Assembly (NCBI GenBank): GCA_965221125.1 | Contig: CBDCRW010000003.1 | Coordinates: 64,001 to 128,000 of the forward strand | Direction of reading: 5' to 3' | Length of the DNA: 64,000 nucleotides | From: Alphaproteobacteria bacterium | Lineage (GTDB): Bacteria; Pseudomonadota; Alphaproteobacteria; UBA828 | The notes under the pieces: model-generated | What the model was told of the DNA's origin: nothing | Seen by the model: the letters and a program-made list of their open reading frames with translations, nothing else | The model's database searches: none | Made by a program: the position numbers and the translations under genes | In this document: positions 58,809 through 64,000 of the stretch, in pieces | How the letters are laid out: each line of letters begins with the position of its first letter | Numbering within the stretch: the first letter of the stretch is position 1

Positions 58809-60536
58809 CTACTCCGCCGCTTCCGCCGCGCCGTCGAGGCCGTAGTTCTCCCGCGCCGAGTCGGCTGAGATGTAGCCCTCGGCGACGTCTTCGATCACCT
58901 GCTCGCGCGGGCGCTCGCGCGGGTCGCCCCAGCCGCCGCCGCCGGGAGTCTGGAAGCGGATCGAATCGCCCGGCCGGATGCGGACGTTGCTCCACTTGCT
59001 GGGGCTGGCCTTGCCGAAGGCCTCGTCGATCATGTGCCAGCTGGTGGTGTTGGCCTGCTGGTGCCACGTGCCGGCGAGCCCGCCGGGCTGGCCGCCGTAC
59101 AGCCCCCACGGCCGGTTGCGGTGGCGATCCGACATCTGGCTGCCCATGATCTCGGTGTCCAGGCTCTTGAGCGTGCGCTGCGTGCTGAGACCGCCGCGGT
59201 TCAGGCCGGCGCCGCCGGAATCCTGCACCAGGATGTAGGACTCGGTGCGGAAGGGGAAGCGGGTCTCGAACACCTCCACCGGCACCACGCGGCAGTTGCC
59301 GTTGATGGAATCGGTGGCGTCGTTGCCGTCCGCGAAGCTCCGCCCGCCCCAGCCCGAAAGCTCGATGGCGTAGCAGACGAAGGCCTCACCGCTCTCCTCG
59401 TCGGTGCCGCCGAAGACGAAGTTGGTGTGCGTCGCCCCCTCGGCCGCCATGGTGCGGTCGGGGATCGCCGGCGCGAGCGCGCCGATGACCGCGCCCGCGA
59501 TCTTGCAGTGGGTCTCGGTGTTGCCGCCGACCTCGGGCCCCGGATAGTCGACGTTGAGCAGGGTGCCGGGCGGCGAGACCACGCGGATCGGGCGGAAGCA
59601 GCCCGAGTTCTTCGGAATCGTCTCGTCGGTGACCTGCAGGATGCCGTTGTAGGCGGCAGAATAGGAGACGCCGAGGGTGGCGTTGATCGGCCCCAGCGCC
59701 TGCGGCGAGGTGCCGGAATAGTCGATCACCACCTCGTCGCCCTGGATGTGGACCGCCACCTTGATGTCGTAGGGCTTGCTCTCGATGCCGTCGTCCTCGA
59801 CCTGGTCCTGGAAGCGGTAGACGCCGTCCTCGATGGCGCCGATCTCCGCGCGCATGCGGCTCTCGGAGTAATCCATCAGGTCGAGCACGTTGCGGCGGAA
59901 CTGCCCCTTGCCGTACTTGCGGATCAGCTTGGCCAGCCCGCGCTCGCCCACGTCCACGCCCGCGATGAGCGCGCGCAGGTCGCCGTAGTTGTAGCGGGGG
60001 GTGCGGACGTTCGCGAGGAGCAGCTTCCACACCTCCTCCACGTCCTCGCCTCTGCTCTTGATCTTGACCGGGGGTACGCGGATGCCCTCGTGGAAGATCT
60101 CGGTCGCCTCGCCGGCGAAGGCGCCGGGCACCATGCCGCCGATCTCCTGCAGATGGCCGATGGTCATGGCGAAGCCCATGAGCTCGTCATCGACGAAGAC
60201 CGGCTTGATGAGCGTGTGCTCGGGGCAGTGCAGGCCGCCGCGGTAGGGATCGTTGTGGCAGATCACGTCGCCGGGCTCGAGGGTCTCGAGCGGGATCTCC
60301 TTCACGCAGCTGCGCACCAGCAGCGGCACGCCGCCGATCATCGACGGGCAGTACTCGGCCTGCGCGATCATCTCGCCTTGGGGGCTCGCGAGGGCGCAGG
60401 TGAAGTCCAGCGCCTCGTTGAAGATCGTCGAGTACGACGTCTTCATCAGCACGATGCCCATCTCGCGGCAGACCGCGGTCATGGTGGAATCGATGATCGA
60501 CATGGCGACCATGTCGACGTCGTGCTTCTGGGTCAT
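58809..60536 (-). CDS. Hydantoinase B/oxoprolinase family subunit
   Basis: NDPYRGGLHCPE, GHLQEIGG, FHEG, PVEVFE, GGGGWGDP. Confidence 0.93.
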   Translation of the reverse strand: MTQKHDVDMVAMSIIDSTMTAVCREMGIVLMKTSYSTIFNEALDFTCALASPQGEMIAQAEYCPSMIGGVPLLVRSCVKEIPLETLEPGDVICHNDPYRGGLHCPEHTLIKPVFVDDELMGFAMTIGHLQEIGGMVPGAFAGEATEIFHEGIRVPPVKIKSRGEDVEEVWKLLLANVRTPRYNYGDLRALIAGVDVGERGLAKLIRKYGKGQFRRNVLDLMDYSESRMRAEIGAIEDGVYRFQDQVEDDGIESKPYDIKVAVHIQGDEVVIDYSGTSPQALGPINATLGVSYSAAYNGILQVTDETIPKNSGCFRPIRVVSPPGTLLNVDYPGPEVGGNTETHCKIAGAVIGALAPAIPDRTMAAEGATHTNFVFGGTDEESGEAFVCYAIELSGWGGRSFADGNDATDSINGNCRVVPVEVFETRFPFRTESYILVQDSGGAGLNRGGLSTQRTLKSLDTEIMGSQMSDRHRNRPWGLYGGQPGGLAGTWHQQANTTSWHMIDEAFGKASPSKWSNVRIRPGDSIRFQTPGGGGWGDPRERPREQVIEDVAEGYISADSARENYGLDGAAEAAE

Positions 60537-60538
60537 GA

Positions 60539-62581
60539 TCAGGACTCCTCGGCGATGCGGCCGATCAGAAGATTGCCGTACTGATCCACCTTCATGGGTT
60601 GGCCGGGGCGCAGCACGGTCACCGAGACGGGCTCCTCGATGACCGCCGGCCCGGTGATCGCGTGGCCGTCGCGTAAGGCCGCGCGGTCGTAGATCGGCGT
60701 GTCGTGGCGGCCGTCGTCGAACACGACCGAGCGCGTGGTGACGAGCTCAGGCTTAGCCTCCGCCTTGCCGATGGTGGCGAGATCGGGCTTCTCGGTGAGC
60801 GAGACGACGGTCGCCTTGACGGTGATGACCTCGATCACCTCGCGCGGGATATTGAAGCCGAAACGCGCGAGGTGCATGTCGTGGAACGCCTGCCAGACCT
60901 TGGGCGTCGTCTCGTCGGTGAAGGAATCGAAGGCGATCGGGATCTCCAGCTCGTAGTTCTGGCCGAGGTAGCGCATCTCCAGCGAGCGGTAGATCTCGAT
61001 GTTCTTCACGTAGCCCTGCGCCTTCAGCTCGGCGATGCCGGTCTCGATCAGCGCGCTCATGACCTCGGACGCGCGCGCCTGGTCGAAGCGCTTCGACGTC
61101 ATCTGCACCGTGCGCTGCACGTCGACGCGGGCGTCGGTGAGGATGAAGCCGAAGGCCGAGAACTGGCCGGGGTAGTTGGGGATGACGCCCGACGGGATGC
61201 CGGCGTCGTTCATCAGGTCGGCCGCGTGCAGCGGGCCGGCGCCGCCGAAGGCCAGCAGCGCGAAGTCGCGCGGGTCGAGGCCGCGCTCGATCAGCACCGA
61301 GCGGAGCGCGCCCACCATGTTGTTGTTGGCGATCTGCACGACGGCGAGCGCCGTCTCCTCCACGGTGCGCCCGAGCGAGCCCGCGACGCTCGCGATCGCC
61401 TTCTCCGCCGCGGCCATGTCGAGGGCCATCTCGCCGCCGAGGAAGTTCTCAGGATTGATGCGGCCGAGCAGCAGGTTGGCGTCGGTGACCGCCGGCCGCT
61501 CGCCGCCGCTGCCGTAGCAGGCCGGGCCGGGGTTCGCGCCCGCGCTCTCTGGTCCCACGCGCAGCATGCCGCCCTTGTCGATCCAGGCGATGGAGCCGCC
61601 GCCCGCGCCGATGGTGCGGATGTCGATCATGGGGATCTGGATGGGGACGCCGAACTCCACCTCGTAGTCGGTGGTAAAATTCTCCTGCCCGCCCACGATC
61701 GTCGACGTGTCGGTGGACGTGCCGCCCATGTCGAGGGTGACGAGATGGCTGATGCCGCTCAGCTTGGCGACGTGCTTGCCCGCGATCACCCCGCCGGTGG
61801 GGCCGGAGACCGTCATCTGGATCGGCGTGCGCTGCGCCGCCTCGAAGGTCATCTCGCCGCCGTTGGACTTGATGACGACGGCCTGGTCGGTGATGCCGCT
61901 CTCGCCGAACCGCTCGCGCAGGTTGGCGACCTGCCGGTTGACCACCGGCTTCACGTAGGCGTCCGCGATGGTGGTCGACGCGCGCTCGTACTCCTTCCAC
62001 TTCGGCAGCACGTCGTAGGAGATGGAGATGGGGATGTCCGGCAGCTCCTCCTCCAGGATCTCCTTGGCGCGCCGCTCGTGGTCCGGCGTCACGTACGAGA
62101 ACAGGAAGTTCAGCGCCACCGCCTCGATGGAGCCGTCCTCCCTGATCGCCCGCGCGATGGCGCGGACCCCGTCCTCGTCCAGCGGCACGTGGACCGTGCC
62201 GTCGGACATGATCCGCTCGTTGACCTCGTAGCAGTGGCGGCGCTTGACCAGCGGCTTCGGCTTGATCCATGTGATGTCGTAGTGGCTGCGCCGGTTGCCG
62301 CGCTGGATGAAGGGGATGTCGCGGAAGCCCTCGGTCGTGACATAGGCCACCCTGGCGCCCTTGCGCTCGAGGATCGCGTTGGTGGCAACCGTGGTGCCGA
62401 GCCTGATGTTGCGGATGTCCGACGGCGCATCGAAGCGGCCCAGGCCGCCCAGGATGCCTTCGTTGGGATCGTGGGGCGTCGACAGGATCTTCCACACGTC
62501 GACCGCCCTGGTCTCCGAATTGTAGCTCACGAAGTCCGTGAACGTCCCTCCAACATCGATACCGACCAGATAGTCTGCCAA
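60539..62581 (-). CDS. Hydantoinase/oxoprolinase subunit A
   Basis: DVGGTFTD, GTTVATNA, SGPTGG, DMGGTSTD, GPACYG; TTG start after GGGAGAG. Confidence 0.93.
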   Translation of the reverse strand: MADYLVGIDVGGTFTDFVSYNSETRAVDVWKILSTPHDPNEGILGGLGRFDAPSDIRNIRLGTTVATNAILERKGARVAYVTTEGFRDIPFIQRGNRRSHYDITWIKPKPLVKRRHCYEVNERIMSDGTVHVPLDEDGVRAIARAIREDGSIEAVALNFLFSYVTPDHERRAKEILEEELPDIPISISYDVLPKWKEYERASTTIADAYVKPVVNRQVANLRERFGESGITDQAVVIKSNGGEMTFEAAQRTPIQMTVSGPTGGVIAGKHVAKLSGISHLVTLDMGGTSTDTSTIVGGQENFTTDYEVEFGVPIQIPMIDIRTIGAGGGSIAWIDKGGMLRVGPESAGANPGPACYGSGGERPAVTDANLLLGRINPENFLGGEMALDMAAAEKAIASVAGSLGRTVEETALAVVQIANNNMVGALRSVLIERGLDPRDFALLAFGGAGPLHAADLMNDAGIPSGVIPNYPGQFSAFGFILTDARVDVQRTVQMTSKRFDQARASEVMSALIETGIAELKAQGYVKNIEIYRSLEMRYLGQNYELEIPIAFDSFTDETTPKVWQAFHDMHLARFGFNIPREVIEVITVKATVVSLTEKPDLATIGKAEAKPELVTTRSVVFDDGRHDTPIYDRAALRDGHAITGPAVIEEPVSVTVLRPGQPMKVDQYGNLLIGRIAEES

Positions 62582-62851
62582 CGCCACTCTCCCACGCGTT
62601 AGGGCGCACACCGGCCCTCCGGGCCCGGCGGTACGCCCACTCGATTGCGGCCCGGCCTCCCAGTGACTCCGGGCGGCAGGATGTTATGGGGAGAGCCGCC
62701 TTGAGGCAACCGCGAGTCCCCTGCTTGCGGACCTGGTTTGGAGGGCCTCTCCGTCGCCTGCCCTCCGCCTCGCCCGCATCGCCATGCCTTGACTCCGGGG
62801 TGCGCATCAAAGATGGACGCGCCTCAATGGTTATCCGTCCGGAGTCGCGCC

Positions 62852-63175
62852 ATGCACTGGGTCTATCTCGCGCTCGCCATCGTCTTCGAGGTCGGCGGCA
62901 CCACCTCCATGAAGCTGAGCGAAGGGCTGACCAAGCCCGTCTTCACTGTCCTGATCTTCTTCCTCTACGGGGTCAGCTTCGTGCTGTTCGCGCTTGCGCT
63001 GAAGAAGCTCGACCTCGGCCTCTCCTACGCGATCTGGGCCGGCATCGGGACGGCGGCGATCGCCGTGATCGGCTACATCTGGTTCAAGGAGCCGATGGGG
63101 CCGCTGAGAATCGGCTCCATCCTGCTCATCATCATTGGCGTGGTCGGTCTCAACCTGTCGCGCGGCGCTCACTAG
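62852..63175 (+). CDS. SMR family small multidrug transporter
   Basis: LAIVFEV (conserved Glu), [13 protein letters not shown]; four TM. Confidence 0.92.
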   Translation: MHWVYLALAIVFEVGGTTSMKLSEGLTKPVFTVLIFFLYGVSFVLFALALKKLDLGLSYAIWAGIGTAAIAVIGYIWFKEPMGPLRIGSILLIIIGVVGLNLSRGAH

Positions 63176-63851
63176 CTGCATCGCCGAACACCGCATCGAA
63201 ATTGCGCCGCAACGCGCGGTCGACGTCGTCCATCGTGGCCTCGACCCCCAGCGCCGCGAGCGAAGTGACGCCGTGCTCGCGAATGCCGCAGGCGACGATG
63301 CCCCGGTAGTGGGCGAGGTCGGGCGCGACGTTGAGCGAGACGCCGTGGAAGGTCACCCAGCGGCGGACACGCACCCCGATGGCCGCGATCTTGGCCTCGC
63401 CGGCATCCGTCTCGACCCAGATGCCGACGCGGCCCTCGCGGCATGCGCCGACGACGCCGAACTCGGCAAGCGTGCCGATCAGCCATTGCTCCAGGTCGCG
63501 GACGAAGCAGCGGAGGTCCATGCGCCCGCGCGCCGCGAGGTCGAGCATGACGTAGGCCACCCGCTGGCCGGGGCCGTGGTAGGTGTACTGGCCGCCCCGG
63601 CCCGACTTGAAGACCGGGAGGCTCAGCGAGTCGAGCAGGTCGTCCGATTGCGCGCTGGTGCCGGCGGTATAGAGCGGCGGGTGCTCCAGCAGCCACACCT
63701 GCTCCGACGTCGCGCGCGCGAGGATCGCGGCGACGCGCGCCTCCATGGCGGCGACGGCATCGGGGTAGGCGACGGGCGCAGGCGCAACCGTCCACTCGAC
63801 CCCCTGGTTGGCGGCTGCGGTGCCGCTGCGCACGGCCTCAGCCGGCGTCAT
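63150..63851 (-). CDS. lipB: Octanoyltransferase LipB
   Basis: [36 protein letters not shown]. Confidence 0.95.
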   Translation of the reverse strand: MTPAEAVRSGTAAANQGVEWTVAPAPVAYPDAVAAMEARVAAILARATSEQVWLLEHPPLYTAGTSAQSDDLLDSLSLPVFKSGRGGQYTYHGPGQRVAYVMLDLAARGRMDLRCFVRDLEQWLIGTLAEFGVVGACREGRVGIWVETDAGEAKIAAIGVRVRRWVTFHGVSLNVAPDLAHYRGIVACGIREHGVTSLAALGVEATMDDVDRALRRNFDAVFGDAASERRATG

Positions 63852-64000
63852 CGCTCCCCTCGTCGTCGCCGGCCTCCGCAGCAGGCGGCGGCGCCTCGCC
63901 TGACGCGACCGCAAGCCAGGCGTCCTCGCTCAGCACGTGTACGCCCAGCGTCTGCGCCTTCTTCAGCTTGGAGCCCGCGTCCTCGCCCGCCACCACGTAG
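63838..64000 (-). CDS. ligA: NAD-dependent DNA ligase, C-terminal BRCT end (partial)
   Basis: Manual translation [28 protein letters not shown]. Confidence 0.88.
   Translation of the reverse strand, partial: YVVAGEDAGSKLKKAQTLGVHVLSEDAWLAVASGEAPPPAAEAGDDEGSDDAG

Noticed and set aside
63150-63175. Convergent 26-nt overlap of the SMR gene and lipB
   Set aside because: Short tail-to-tail overlaps are common and both proteins look complete.

Overview
GC-rich window from an alphaproteobacterial chromosome. The assignment rests on chvI-chvG, DUF1150, the hemC-hemD-mic60-hemY operon, TIGR02300, a CenR-like regulator and the aroA-cmk-rpsA-sppA-ihfB-lapA-trpFBA-accD-folC block. The right half (33.4-64 kb) is mostly core genome with four tRNAs. 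The left half is accessory catabolism and transport. It holds (i) a CitE-like lyase, an atypical 4-hydroxybutyryl-CoA dehydratase-family protein and two tandem SnoaL/BaiE-like genes, (ii) a decaying sugar-type ABC operon cut by an IS481 relic, whose ATPase is a fusion of two paralogues, (iii) a LysR-linked cluster of a creatinase-like enzyme, a hydantoinase/oxoprolinase A/B pair and a BMP-type ABC importer, and (iv) a truncated integrase-AlpA element at tRNA-Thr. Five hydantoinase/oxoprolinase subunit genes, two MITE-like elements, REP-like palindromes and a 10-bp-phased repeat array also occur. No CRISPR array, rRNA or recognisable defence system was seen. The best candidates for undescribed biology are the two catabolic clusters at 8.0-11.4 kb and 20.1-31.1 kb. 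All calls come from motif recognition by eye; no database search was run.
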